The notes below the pieces were generated by a model. It saw only the letters and a program-made list of their open reading frames with translations, ran no database searches and was not told the origin of the DNA. Below are positions 48,792 through 58,466 of a stretch of 64,000 bases of DNA, in pieces (the first letter of the stretch is position 1; the number at the start of each line of letters is the position of its first letter). Position numbers and translations under genes: made by a program. Origin of the DNA: Thermoleophilia bacterium (GTDB lineage: Bacteria; Actinomycetota; Thermoleophilia; BMS3ABIN01); contig JBAZZU010000002.1 of the NCBI GenBank assembly GCA_041658605.1, forward strand, positions 1,477 through 65,476, given 5' to 3'.

Positions 48792-50270
48792 TCATCCGGG
48801 TTTCTTTTCCGCCTGCGGCACCCACATCGTGACCGGAGGCCACGCTTCGCTGTGCCAGTCAACCATGTAACGCGTGTCAAGTTCTGGCCCGACAATGTCC
48901 AGCATCGGCTGAGCAGATTCGAATACCGCCAGCGGGGGCTTTACCTCGTCAAGCTCCTGCCTGAGGCCGTCCATCATTGCTACCGCATCGTTATCGCCGC
49001 GCCTGTATTTTTCCTCCCACAGAAACTGGTCGAAGAAATTCAGCGTCACCGGGCGGTTGGCCTCCAGTGCGTAACAGCCTGGTAGCAGCACCGGCTGGCA
49101 GTCCGTACTGAGGTTCTGCGCCTCGGCGACGATGACGGCGACATCGCCGGCGTTGCTCCGGGAAAAGAAATCCGAGTCGCGTTCCACGGTCACCGGCACG
49201 GCCAGCACCAGCCACACCGCCGCCAGCAGTATGCCGGGCAGGGAGTATTTGCCGGTATCGGAAGACTCTCCGTCCGTGGTGCGTCTCTCCGTCAGGCCGA
49301 TGATACCCCAGGCCGCAAGCAGGGCCACGGCCGGTTCCGCCAGCAGGAACAGGTTGGTGTCATGCCCCTCGGCCGGCAGAGTCGCGAGTATTACGAGCGC
49401 GGCGCCCAGCCATCCAAACAGGAGGAATTCCTTCTCCGGGATCTTATGGTTTTCTGAACTTCTGGCATGGAAATAGCGCAGGGCGAACCAGAGGCCGATA
49501 ACCGCTGGAACCAGCAGTGGCCAGTCGATCTGCCAGATGCGGTGCAGGCTGTCGACCAGATTGGTCACGCTGTAACCCTTGCTAGCCTGCGATCCCAGGA
49601 TGTTGTCCAGGAATGCGCCGCCGGTTGCCAGCTGGAGGGCCGCATAGGAAGCGACAGTGCCGCCGGCCCCCACGGCGAGGAAAAGCTTCAGGGACTCACG
49701 CCGGTAGATCAGGACAAAAGCCGTCGCCAGAACAAAAAAAGGCAGAAACGTCAATTTCGTAAGCATGCCGAGAACGCACAGCAGAGCGGCAACCCCCCTG
49801 CGCCACCGGGGTTTTCCCATCAGGAGCAGCGCCGTGGCCGCCATCAGCAGTGAGGTCAGCGAGTCGTTCAGGAACGTTTTGGAAAAGTACAGGCCCAGGG
49901 GCGCGAACAGGGAAAAAGTGCCCGCGAGGATCGCAACCCTCTTGTCCCTCGTCATGTATAGCGCAAGCTTCCAGACAAGGAAGCCCAGCGCCGCCGTGAC
50001 CAGAAGGCTGAAAACCCTGAAGGGCAGAACACCGAGTCCCAGCTTCGCCAGCGGTGCGCCCGCCAGGTACAGCATGGGAGGATGGGCCGCAAGAAAATCC
50101 CGGTAGGGCATGAGGCCGCGCGCGATGGCGTCGGAGGAGATTACGTAGGCGCTGTCGGCGGCGTCCAGACAGCTGTGGTCGAGGCCCAGAAAACCCAGGC
50201 TCAGGAACGCGATCAGGATAACGGGGAAGATCAGCTTGTTTAAGCGGGCGAGGCTGGCACGGCCGCCCAT
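48792..50270 (-). CDS. GT39/GT83-like (ArnT/PMT-type) polytopic membrane glycosyltransferase.
   Basis: About 12 TM segments with a conserved N-terminal loop D/E motif. Confidence 0.55.
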   Translation of the reverse strand: MGGRASLARLNKLIFPVILIAFLSLGFLGLDHSCLDAADSAYVISSDAIARGLMPYRDFLAAHPPMLYLAGAPLAKLGLGVLPFRVFSLLVTAALGFLVWKLALYMTRDKRVAILAGTFSLFAPLGLYFSKTFLNDSLTSLLMAATALLLMGKPRWRRGVAALLCVLGMLTKLTFLPFFVLATAFVLIYRRESLKLFLAVGAGGTVASYAALQLATGGAFLDNILGSQASKGYSVTNLVDSLHRIWQIDWPLLVPAVIGLWFALRYFHARSSENHKIPEKEFLLFGWLGAALVILATLPAEGHDTNLFLLAEPAVALLAAWGIIGLTERRTTDGESSDTGKYSLPGILLAAVWLVLAVPVTVERDSDFFSRSNAGDVAVIVAEAQNLSTDCQPVLLPGCYALEANRPVTLNFFDQFLWEEKYRRGDNDAVAMMDGLRQELDEVKPPLAVFESAQPMLDIVGPELDTRYMVDWHSEAWPPVTMWVPQAEKKPG

Positions 50271-50274
50271 GGCC

Positions 50275-50934
50275 TCAGGAACAGGCCCGGGTTCGTTCCC
50301 TGCCGCCCGTTAATGACGAGCACATTGCCGCCGGCACCGGCTTGGGCGAGGGCCGTTTTATTCTTTCAAGTATGCGACGGTGAGTCTTTCGGGGTTCGCT
50401 TGCCACTTCGGCCTTTTCCGTCCCGCCTAGCTCGAACCGCATAAGCTGCAGCCCCCGGGAGGCCCGCACGGGATAAAATCCGCAATCCCGCAGGAACTTG
50501 TCTTCAAAGAGGCGACAGTCATGTTCCGGCCAGGGAGCCTGGCGTGAATACGCTTCCACAGATTCGATCTCGAGCATCTTCATCTCACCAAGGACCGCAA
50601 GCACCAGGCTTTTTCTTACTGATTCGAGTGAGCCGCTTTCGACGGTGCTGCAGGTAAGGAGCAGCGAATCGGAACTGACCGGTCCGCACGCAAGCTTTCG
50701 CGCGCGGGGAAACAGGTTCGATGGACCATACTGGATCATGCCAAGCAGCTTTTCATCACCCAGGGCCAGCTTGCCCCAGCCGCCGAAGTTCTCTTCAGCG
50801 GTATCTATCCAGTTTTCCGTAGCCTCGACAGATGGCCAGCCACCTTCATAACCCTGCCACCATCCACAATTATTACAGTCGTCCGGCAGGCATGAGGAGC
50901 TGCTTCTGTCGAGCTCCTGAAGTTGAAAAATCAT
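50275..50934 (-). CDS. Hypothetical protein, possibly GNAT-like, co-directional with the GT39 gene.
   Basis: 219-aa ORF with good codon usage. N-terminal CLPDDCNNCGWW segment. No confident family. Confidence 0.35.
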   Translation of the reverse strand: MIFQLQELDRSSSSCLPDDCNNCGWWQGYEGGWPSVEATENWIDTAEENFGGWGKLALGDEKLLGMIQYGPSNLFPRARKLACGPVSSDSLLLTCSTVESGSLESVRKSLVLAVLGEMKMLEIESVEAYSRQAPWPEHDCRLFEDKFLRDCGFYPVRASRGLQLMRFELGGTEKAEVASEPRKTHRRILERIKRPSPKPVPAAMCSSLTGGRERTRACS

Positions 50935-51019
50935 CTTTTCTTAACCCGTCCTCGAGAATCAGACATTCCGGGCAAACGGCTCACATGTCACCTGTTACCC
51001 ATCCTGCAGATATTATAAC

Positions 51020-51997
51020 TTATGGAGAGCTTCCAGTGGAGATATCAGGGTCTGCCCTGAGTTCGAGCAGGGTCGCCTCCGGGCGGCTGAAGAGGCGGAA
51101 GGGGAGAAGTGTGGTTCCCACTCCCCGGGAGACGTGCATCGTCAGGTTCGGCAGGCTGTACAGTCCGTCCGCGTATTGCGCACCTGAAGTCGAGAGCATT
51201 ATCTTGCCGCCGGGCTTCGGTATACATATCTGGCCGCCATGGGTATGTCCGGCCAGGATGAGCTGAAAATCGCCATTGGTAACGCAATCAGCGACATTGG
51301 GGCTGTGTGACAGGAGAATCCTCAAAGGCGCCTCGTGGTCGATCTGTGCCGAGGTTGTTTCCAGATCAGAGTACCCGTAATAAAAATCATCTATCCCACA
51401 TACCTGTACCTTCCGGGAACCTGCATCGACCAGGCGGCACTCGTTCTCCAGCAGTCTGATGCCCGCCTGCGCCAGCAGCCTGCGGTTGGTATTTACCGTC
51501 TGATCAAGATCCTCATACAGGACCTCAGCCTTGCCCGCGCCTCCCCACTGGCCTGTAAAACGCGCGGCCAGATCCTGCAAGACTGTTTTTCTCAGCCCGT
51601 GGTCATGGTTGCCGAGTACCGCGAACTTGCCATGCCTGGCTTCGATCTTCTCCAGCAGTTCGATATGGGGTTTGAGGTCCTTTTTCTTGTCGACCATGTC
51701 GCCGGTGAAGAGGACGATATCGGGTTCGGCCTGCCTGGAAGCTTCCACGAGCTTGTCCATGGCGCGGGCTCCAGGTCCGGGCGCGCCGGCATGAAGGTCG
51801 CTTATGTGAAGAAGTTTAAGGCCATCAAGGGAAGCAGGAACGCCGGGCAGCGCAACGGTCAAACGCCTGAGGCGGAGCCACTGGGCTTCGAACAGCATAT
51901 AGGCGGTACCACTCACGCCGCCCGCCGCGGCAAGCAGCAGGGCCTTCAGGGCGGACTTGCGCAGGGACCGGCGGTTATGTCTACTGGAACAAGCCAT
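51020..51997 (-). CDS. Metallophosphoesterase (calcineurin-like) with an N-terminal TM segment.
   Basis: DLH...GDxxD...GNHD motifs. Confidence 0.8.
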   Translation of the reverse strand: MACSSRHNRRSLRKSALKALLLAAAGGVSGTAYMLFEAQWLRLRRLTVALPGVPASLDGLKLLHISDLHAGAPGPGARAMDKLVEASRQAEPDIVLFTGDMVDKKKDLKPHIELLEKIEARHGKFAVLGNHDHGLRKTVLQDLAARFTGQWGGAGKAEVLYEDLDQTVNTNRRLLAQAGIRLLENECRLVDAGSRKVQVCGIDDFYYGYSDLETTSAQIDHEAPLRILLSHSPNVADCVTNGDFQLILAGHTHGGQICIPKPGGKIMLSTSGAQYADGLYSLPNLTMHVSRGVGTTLLPFRLFSRPEATLLELRADPDISTGSSP

Positions 51998-52112
51998 AGT
52001 TCAAAGGCGGCCGCATGGGAGGGATAAAAAATGAAAGATATGCACTAAAACCGGCCGTGTCTGCCTTCGGCTCCATGCGCCGGGCGCTTGAGCCCGGCTG
52101 CGGGGGGACAGG

Positions 52113-52370
52113 CTATTCTTCCTGCTGACTTTCTATCTCTGCCTTCAGGCGGGTCCTTGCCTCCTCGATCTTTTCCTTGAGGTCTTCCTCGGTGGCCATC
52201 TCTTCATTCATCGGGGCATTCGTTTCCGTACCCGGCTCGGCCATCACGTCGAGCTGGCCTCCGAAAAGCTCCCGCCTTATCTCGCGTCCGGATTTGGGGG
52301 CAAGCAGGACTCCGGCCACCGCACCGATGCCGACACCGAATAAAAAGCCTCTACATTTTCTGCAAGCCAT
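52113..52370 (-). CDS. YtxH-domain protein.
   Basis: GFLFGVGIGAVAGVLLAPKSGREIR motif. Confidence 0.6.
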   Translation of the reverse strand: MACRKCRGFLFGVGIGAVAGVLLAPKSGREIRRELFGGQLDVMAEPGTETNAPMNEEMATEEDLKEKIEEARTRLKAEIESQQEE

Positions 52371-52593
52371 CAGACTACCTCCTCAATCGCAGAGACGTCA
52401 TGTTCATGGACTCCGCGAGGCGCTTTTTATAACCTTTCTTTAATTCATTGTATTCACTTGATCAGGGAGCCGCAAGGAAGATGAAAAGTCGCCGGGTTTG
52501 CCCCGGCCCGGCATTGGTAAGACTATTGATGGATCTGTGCGATGATATGCAGATATTCGCATCCGCAACCTGTCCGGAAGGAGTAAGCGAATA

Positions 52594-52800
52594 ATGGAAG
52601 AAAGAAAGATAACCGGTGATATGGTCATCAACGAGGTTATCAGGCTCTACCCCTGGACGCTGCCCGTCTTCCACAGTCTGGATGTGGATTCATGCTGTGG
52701 CGGCGCCCGGACTGTGGCCACCATGGCCCGGGAGCACGGGCTTGAACTCGATGGGGTCCTCGACAAGCTTGAAGCCGCGGCGGAAACATCTCAATCGTAA
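52594..52800 (+). CDS. DUF1858 domain protein.
   Basis: 68 aa with the pattern I..YP...VF...CCGG...L. Confidence 0.5.
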   Translation: MEERKITGDMVINEVIRLYPWTLPVFHSLDVDSCCGGARTVATMAREHGLELDGVLDKLEAAAETSQS

Positions 52801-52844
52801 ACGCTGACTGAAAGGCCCCCCGGAAGGGGCGGAAAGGAGAGCAT

Positions 52845-53402
52845 ATGGCAATCGGAGCAATAATCGCTGTCGTGCTGGTCGTCGTCTTCCTGGGCGGGAT
52901 CATCATGATTTATAACAGCCTTGTGAGGCAGCGCAACAAGGTGGATAATTCGTGGAAACAGATCGACGTCCAGCTCAAGCGCCGCCACGATCTCATACCC
53001 AACCTGGTCGAGGTCGTCAAGGATTACATGTCCTATGAGAAAGAAGTCCTGGAGAACGTCACAAAAGCCCGCTCTCAGGCGATGCAGGCCTCGGGTCCCG
53101 CGGAAGCCGGCAAGGCTGAGAACATGCTCAGCGGAGCGCTCAAATCGCTCTTTGCCGTCGCGGAGAACTACCCCGACCTCAAGGCCAACCAGAACGTCTC
53201 CCAGCTGCAGGAAGAGCTGACCTCCACTGAGAACAAGATCGCCTTCGCGCGCCAGCTCTATAACGACGTGGTCATGTATTTCAACAACAAGGTCCAGACT
53301 TTTCCGTCGAACATCATCGCCGGTGCTTTCGGTTTCAAGGCCCGCGAGTTCTTCGAGGTGCCGGAAGAGGAAAAGGAAGCCGTCAAGGTGGACCTGCGCT
53401 AG
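52845..53402 (+). CDS. lemA: LemA family protein.
   Basis: N-terminal TM segment plus the LemA core [13 protein letters not shown]. Confidence 0.85.
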   Translation: MAIGAIIAVVLVVVFLGGIIMIYNSLVRQRNKVDNSWKQIDVQLKRRHDLIPNLVEVVKDYMSYEKEVLENVTKARSQAMQASGPAEAGKAENMLSGALKSLFAVAENYPDLKANQNVSQLQEELTSTENKIAFARQLYNDVVMYFNNKVQTFPSNIIAGAFGFKAREFFEVPEEEKEAVKVDLR

Positions 53403-53423
53403 GCAGGCTCCGGGCGCGTCTGA

Positions 53424-54344
53424 ATGTACGAACAGATATCAAAAAACAAGCGTTTGTCGTACGTCCTGATTGTTGTTATGACGGCGCTGGTGATGGTGCT
53501 GGGCTACGTGATCGGCTACGCGGCAACCGGCGTCGGCTGGTTCGGGCTGGTGATCGCGGTGGTAATCGCGGTTGCGATGTCACTGACCAGCTATTACAGC
53601 GGTGACAAGATCGCGCTCGCCACGAGCCATGCCCGCAAGGTGACTCACGAGGAAGCCCCGCAGCTTTTCAACGTGGTCGAGGAAATGGCAATCGCCTCTG
53701 GCAATCCGATGCCGGCGGTTTACATCATCGACGATTCGGCGCCTAATGCTTTCGCTACCGGGCGCAACCCGGAGAAGTCGTCGATCGCTGTCACCCAGGG
53801 GCTGCTGGACAAGATGAACCGCGACGAGCTTCAGGGTGTCATCGCTCACGAGATGTCGCACGTGCGCAACTACGACATCCTGTTCGCGACGCTGGTCGGC
53901 GTCATGGTGGGGGCCATAGCTCTCATGGCCGACTTCTTCCTGCGCTGGAGCATTTTCGGTGGCAGCCGCCGCAGCAATGACAACGGCGGTATCTTTGGCG
54001 TGATAATGATAGTAGTCGCCCTGGTTCTGGCGATACTCGCACCTATTGCCGCCCGCATGGTGCAGCTGGCCATCTCGCGTAAAAGGGAATATCTGGCCGA
54101 TGCCTCTGCTGTCGAACTCACCCGTAATCCCAACGGCCTGGCAAACGCCCTTGAGAAGATCTCCGGCGATACGGAACAGCTCGAGGTTGCCAACCGGGCG
54201 ACGGCGCATCTTTATATCGCCCAGCCGATCAAGAAATTTGAAAAACGCAGGCGCGGACTCTTCGATACGCATCCGCCTATCGGTGAGAGGATCGCAATCC
54301 TTCGCGCCATGGCATCGGGTGGTACGGGCGAGGCCGCGGGTTAG
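53424..54344 (+). CDS. htpX: M48 zinc metalloprotease, HtpX-like.
   Basis: HEMSHV HExxH motif and TM segments. It is paired with lemA. Confidence 0.85.
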   Translation: MYEQISKNKRLSYVLIVVMTALVMVLGYVIGYAATGVGWFGLVIAVVIAVAMSLTSYYSGDKIALATSHARKVTHEEAPQLFNVVEEMAIASGNPMPAVYIIDDSAPNAFATGRNPEKSSIAVTQGLLDKMNRDELQGVIAHEMSHVRNYDILFATLVGVMVGAIALMADFFLRWSIFGGSRRSNDNGGIFGVIMIVVALVLAILAPIAARMVQLAISRKREYLADASAVELTRNPNGLANALEKISGDTEQLEVANRATAHLYIAQPIKKFEKRRRGLFDTHPPIGERIAILRAMASGGTGEAAG

Positions 54345-54484
54345 CGGCTTCGCGTAAACCAGCTTTAAGTGTACATTCAACGACATAAATCCGGACTTGA
54401 CCACAGGTTGATTTCCGGATAATATCTCAAAACCCACTCTGCTTTTTTCCCGCCTGCGTCTCTCTCTTCTCCAACGGTGCCCAA

Positions 54485-55159
54485 TTGACACACGGATATT
54501 TTTCTTCTGAAAAGAACGCCGGTTCCACTGCCCGTGAAGCCGCAGCATCCGCGGCGGGCGCGATGTTCGACCACGAGCTGGTGGGTATGATCCTTGGTCA
54601 GGAAACAGCCGGGTCCGGGCTTGCCGGCATAAGCGAGGATATTTTCATGCTCTTCTCGGGCAGGGCGCTCTCGCCTGTCAGCGCCGAGGAGATTAGCTCA
54701 AAGTGCGGCCTGCCGGAGCAGGAATCATCGCGCCTCGCAGCATCGATCGAGCTCGCGCGGCGGCTCCTGATGCCGGACGAGGGGCAGGGCCCGATCCGTT
54801 CTCCGCGAGACGCCTGCCAGGCGGCGGCATCTATCCGGTTTGAAGAGAAGGAACACTTCCTCACCCTTTACCTGAATGCCCGTAACGTCATGATTCACAA
54901 GGAGACGGTTTCCATCGGCAGCTTAAACGCCAACATCGTGCATCCCCGCGAGGTGTTCCGCCCCGCGATAGCAAGGGCCGCCGCCGCCCTGATCCTGATC
55001 CATAATCACCCGTCCGGCGATGTCACACCGAGCCAGGAAGACCTGAATCTGACCGCGCGGCTGGTCGAAGCCGGACGTCTGCTCGGCATAGAAGTGCTGG
55101 ATCATGTTATTGTTTCCAGCAGGAGTTATCTCAGTTTTCGCAGCGAATCTTACATCTAG
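54485..55159 (+). CDS. radC: RadC-family JAB-domain protein.
   Basis: HNHPSGDVTPSQED JAMM motif. Confidence 0.85.
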   Translation: MTHGYFSSEKNAGSTAREAAASAAGAMFDHELVGMILGQETAGSGLAGISEDIFMLFSGRALSPVSAEEISSKCGLPEQESSRLAASIELARRLLMPDEGQGPIRSPRDACQAAASIRFEEKEHFLTLYLNARNVMIHKETVSIGSLNANIVHPREVFRPAIARAAAALILIHNHPSGDVTPSQEDLNLTARLVEAGRLLGIEVLDHVIVSSRSYLSFRSESYI

Positions 55160-55259
55160 ACATGGTTATATTCACCCGCAAATGTTGCTCATCGCATGGA
55201 ATTCATGTGAAAAATCATCAAAAACCCGAGGATTTCAAATATGAAATTACACTTATCTT

Positions 55260-55495
55260 TGTGGAAAACAGCCGTGCGTCCGATTTCAGCGTCCGCAACT
55301 GACCGGCTGGCTGTACATTCTTAAAGACAAAAAACATTATACAAATGGCTTGCTTTGAAAATATCTCTATTAGCAGGTCCTTTGCTCAAAAATAGGGTTC
55401 CTGACTCTCTTTGTCATAATTTGGCCGCCAAGCATTGTCAACCCCATTGATGCTTTTAAGGATGCGGAATCCGGGAGTTATCCACATTTTCCACA
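55260..55495. promoter_or_regulatory. DnaA-box cluster in an AT-rich 440-bp intergenic region. Candidate oriC or DnaA-regulated region.
   Basis: A perfect TTATCCACA at 55478-55486 sits in tandem with TTTTCCACA at 55487-55495. TGTGGAAAA at 55260-55268 is the reverse complement. Two further boxes carry 2 mismatches. A/T-rich tracts lie at 55200-55260. Confidence 0.45.
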
Positions 55496-55534
55496 GTTCT
55501 GTATAAGATCGACAAACGCCGATCCGCGCATTTA

Positions 55535-55564
55535 TTGACTTTGTTTGAAATCTGCCTGTATACT
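55535..55564 (+). promoter_or_regulatory. Sigma-70-like promoter of rpmH.
   Basis: TTGACT, an 18-bp spacer, TATACT, about 33 bp before the TTG start. Confidence 0.5.
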
Positions 55565-55597
55565 AGCAAGTCGGTTTAACCGAAAAAGGACAATTCG

Positions 55598-55732
55598 TTG
55601 AAGCGTACATATCAGCCAAACAAGAGAAAAAGAAAGAAAGCCCACGGTTTCCGGATCCGGATGAGTACGAAGGCCGGTCGCCGTGTATTGAAAAGACGCA
55701 GGGCCAAGGGCAGGAAGAGGCTATCGGCCTAG
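55598..55732 (+). CDS. rpmH: 50S ribosomal protein L34. Missed by the ORF track because it is under 60 aa.
   Basis: TTG start. It encodes [44 protein letters not shown]. Confidence 0.9.
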   Translation: MKRTYQPNKRKRKKAHGFRIRMSTKAGRRVLKRRRAKGRKRLSA

Positions 55733-55749
55733 GTTCCACGACGGTTCCA

Positions 55750-56118
55750 GTGGAGAAAAAAACCCGGCTAACCAAGTCGGCCGATTTCCAGCGGGTCTAC
55801 CGTCACGGCAAGTCAGTTGCCGGCCGGTATGCGGTGCTGTACTACTTTGAACGCGCCGGGGATTCAGTCGAAGGAGTATCCAGGCTGGGCCTGTCGGTAT
55901 CGAAAAAAGTCGGCACGGCTACAGTCAGGAACCTGGTAAAGCGGACGCTGAAGGAATGTTTCCGCGCTCGCCAGGAGCAGATTGCTTCAAACTATGACTA
56001 TGTAATTATCGCCCGTCCCGGGCTGGCGGATTTTATGGAGAAGAGCCAGTTTGAGGAGGTCGTCGAGATGATGATCGAACTCTTTCGGCGGGCTAACCTG
56101 ATTCAGGAAACAGAATAA
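55750..56118 (+). CDS. rnpA: Ribonuclease P protein component.
   Basis: GTG start. RNR-like basic motif and the conserved RnpA core. Confidence 0.9.
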   Translation: MEKKTRLTKSADFQRVYRHGKSVAGRYAVLYYFERAGDSVEGVSRLGLSVSKKVGTATVRNLVKRTLKECFRARQEQIASNYDYVIIARPGLADFMEKSQFEEVVEMMIELFRRANLIQETE

Positions 56119-56119
56119 A

Positions 56120-56341
56120 TTGAAACGCATACCCATTCTGATAATCGGTCTCTACCAGAGGCTGGTATCACCGCTCATACCGCAGCGCTGTAAATACTAC
56201 CCGTCCTGTTCGGCCTATTCCATTCAGGCTGTGAAGGAGTGGGGCATATTCAGGGGCTCCGCCATGTCGGTATGGCGCCTGCTTCGATGCAATCCTTTCT
56301 CGCACGGCGGCCATGACCCAGTAAGGAAGCGGCAACCATGA
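56120..56341 (+). CDS. yidD: Membrane protein insertion efficiency factor YidD.
   Basis: YQRLVSPLIPQRCKYYPSCSAY motif. Confidence 0.85.
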   Translation: MKRIPILIIGLYQRLVSPLIPQRCKYYPSCSAYSIQAVKEWGIFRGSAMSVWRLLRCNPFSHGGHDPVRKRQP

Positions 56342-57090
56342 ACCTGACAGATATGCTGGATTTTATAATCGAACCACTGGACGCGCTCCTGACGCTCATC
56401 CACGACAACCTGGGTGTTTCATGGGCTATCTCCATCATCATCCTGACGATCATTGTGCGTATCGTACTCATCCCGCTTACGGTGAAGCAGTATACGTCGA
56501 TGCGCGCCATGCAGAAGCTTCAGCCGAAGATCAAGGAGCTGCAGGCCAAATACAAGGAAGACAAGCAGAAGCTTAACGAAGAGATGATGAAGTTCTACAA
56601 GGAGAACAAGGTAAATCCCTTCGGCTCCTGTCTTCCACTGCTTTTACAGATGCCTATTTTCATGGCCCTCTATATCATGCTTTCCAACAAGGTTTTCCCG
56701 GAGGGCGATTCCCTTGCGTTCCTCTGGATCGACAGCATAAAGGACCCGGACAAGATTCTGGTTTTTGTTTATATGGCCACCCAGCTGTTTTCAAGTCTGC
56801 TGATGTCCGCTACGGTTGATAAGTCCCAGAGGATGATAATGATCCTGATGCCGCTGGGCCTCGGTGTATTCTTTCTCATCAATCCATTCCCGTCAGGCGT
56901 GCTTCTCTACTGGGTCACGACAAACGTATGGACGATCGGCCAGCAGCTGATCGTAAAACAGATTATCCAGGCTAAAGAGGGAGCGCTGGAGCCGGAGACG
57001 GTCCCGGCGATAGCGCCGCAAAAGTCTAAAAAAGTCCCTCAAAAGGCCAAGAAGACCGGAGGCAAAGGTGGAGGAAAACAAAAAAAGTAA
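56338..57090 (+). CDS. yidC: Membrane insertase YidC/Oxa1, short Gram-positive-type form with a Lys-rich tail.
   Basis: Five TM segments in the YidC core. The C-terminus ends KKTGGKGGGKQKK. Confidence 0.9.
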   Translation: MNLTDMLDFIIEPLDALLTLIHDNLGVSWAISIIILTIIVRIVLIPLTVKQYTSMRAMQKLQPKIKELQAKYKEDKQKLNEEMMKFYKENKVNPFGSCLPLLLQMPIFMALYIMLSNKVFPEGDSLAFLWIDSIKDPDKILVFVYMATQLFSSLLMSATVDKSQRMIMILMPLGLGVFFLINPFPSGVLLYWVTTNVWTIGQQLIVKQIIQAKEGALEPETVPAIAPQKSKKVPQKAKKTGGKGGGKQKK

Positions 57091-57826
57091 CGGTAATGTT
57101 CTGACGGCCAGAGGGGAAGGGAAAACCCTTCAGGAGGCCAAGTCGATAGCCCTTGAGAAACTTGAGGCACAGGTGGGCCAGCTGGATCCGGACAAGGTGG
57201 AGATAATCGTCATGTCCGAAGGCTCGAAGGGCTTTCTTGGCATGGGTTCGGCTATGGCGCGGGTTGAGGTCAGGATGCCTGGTGTAAAAATCGCCGATGA
57301 AAAAACAGAATCCCAGGCGAAGACGGATTCAGGTTCCGATGCAGTTGATACCAGGAGCACCGGCAAGGTAAATCCCGAGGCCGAAGCCCGGCTCAGGGAG
57401 CTTCTGGAAAAGGTAATAGACTCCATGGGCCTTGACGCAAGTGTCAGCATCACTGATGGGGATGAAGAAATCATCGCTAACATCGCCGGCGACGACCTGG
57501 GCCTCTTCATAGGCAGGCACGGTCAGACCATGGACGCTGTCCAGTACCTGTCGAATATCATCACCTTCCGGGGTCTTGACGAACGTAAGCGCATAGTAAT
57601 TGACGCGGAAGATTATCGCGACCGGCGGGTGGAAGTACTCGAGTCGATGGCCGACAGGGGCGCATCAGATGTGCTCAAGGGCAAAAACGATTACGAACTA
57701 AAACCGATGAGCGCCGCCGAGCGGCGCATCGTACACATGTATCTTCAGGACAGGGATGGAATTGAGACCTTCAGCGAGGGCAGGGAACCTTTCCGCCGGG
57801 TGATCATAACCCAAGCCGGCAGCTAG
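57068..57826 (+). CDS. jag: Jag/KhpB RNA-binding protein (Jag_N, KH, R3H).
   Basis: Conserved position after yidC. The R3H/KH motifs are present. The GTG start overlaps the yidC tail. Confidence 0.8.
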   Translation: MEENKKSNGNVLTARGEGKTLQEAKSIALEKLEAQVGQLDPDKVEIIVMSEGSKGFLGMGSAMARVEVRMPGVKIADEKTESQAKTDSGSDAVDTRSTGKVNPEAEARLRELLEKVIDSMGLDASVSITDGDEEIIANIAGDDLGLFIGRHGQTMDAVQYLSNIITFRGLDERKRIVIDAEDYRDRRVEVLESMADRGASDVLKGKNDYELKPMSAAERRIVHMYLQDRDGIETFSEGREPFRRVIITQAGS

Positions 57827-58036
57827 CTAGAGTTCGGTGGGATACCCCGCCTCTTCAATAGCCTTCCTGATCGTCTCCAGGTCGATAGTGCTTTCATCGT
57901 AGGAAACAACGACCTTTTTTGATTCCGGGTCCGCGTTGATCGAGCTCACACCCGTGAGCGCTGAACCTGCGCTTTCAATCGCCATCTTGCAATGACCACA
58001 AGACATCTTCTGTGCTATGAGTGTCACCTGTTCCAT
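57827..58036 (-). CDS. copZ: Heavy-metal-associated domain protein / copper chaperone CopZ-like.
   Basis: MSCGHC MxCxxC motif, 69 aa. Confidence 0.8.
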   Translation of the reverse strand: MEQVTLIAQKMSCGHCKMAIESAGSALTGVSSINADPESKKVVVSYDESTIDLETIRKAIEEAGYPTEL

Positions 58037-58146
58037 TTATGCTCCTTTGCCTTCAGGAGTTAATTCCCTGGCCGCGTCACGAAAGCCTTCCATGTCTAAA
58101 GGATAACAGAGCCATATGGAGAAAATAAGGGAACTGTTTTCGCGTA

Positions 58147-58437
58147 TTGACAATAGATGAGATGAAAGGAAATCAAATGCTGGCAGAGATCGCGTCAAGA
58201 GGAGCAACGAAACGCCATCCACTCTCCGTTAAATTGGCATGCTCCTGGTGCGGCTCAGATGTTCCCCTGCCATCAGGTGATTTCAGCGGAGTCTGCATAG
58301 ACTGCGGAACTGTCATGTTTCGTGACCCCGGGATTCCGAGTCTTATAAATCACCCTGATTTTGAGCAATGCATAAGGAGCATGGAAGAAAGCATCGCCAG
58401 CCACATCGGGAGACCCACTCCCGTGCCGGCTGTCTAG
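58147..58437 (+). CDS. Hypothetical zinc-ribbon-like small protein.
   Basis: Two CxxC pairs (CSWCG...CIDCG). Weak support. Confidence 0.3.
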   Translation: MTIDEMKGNQMLAEIASRGATKRHPLSVKLACSWCGSDVPLPSGDFSGVCIDCGTVMFRDPGIPSLINHPDFEQCIRSMEESIASHIGRPTPVPAV

Positions 58438-58466
58438 CTCTTTATCGCTGTAGTCGGGCGTCCCAC

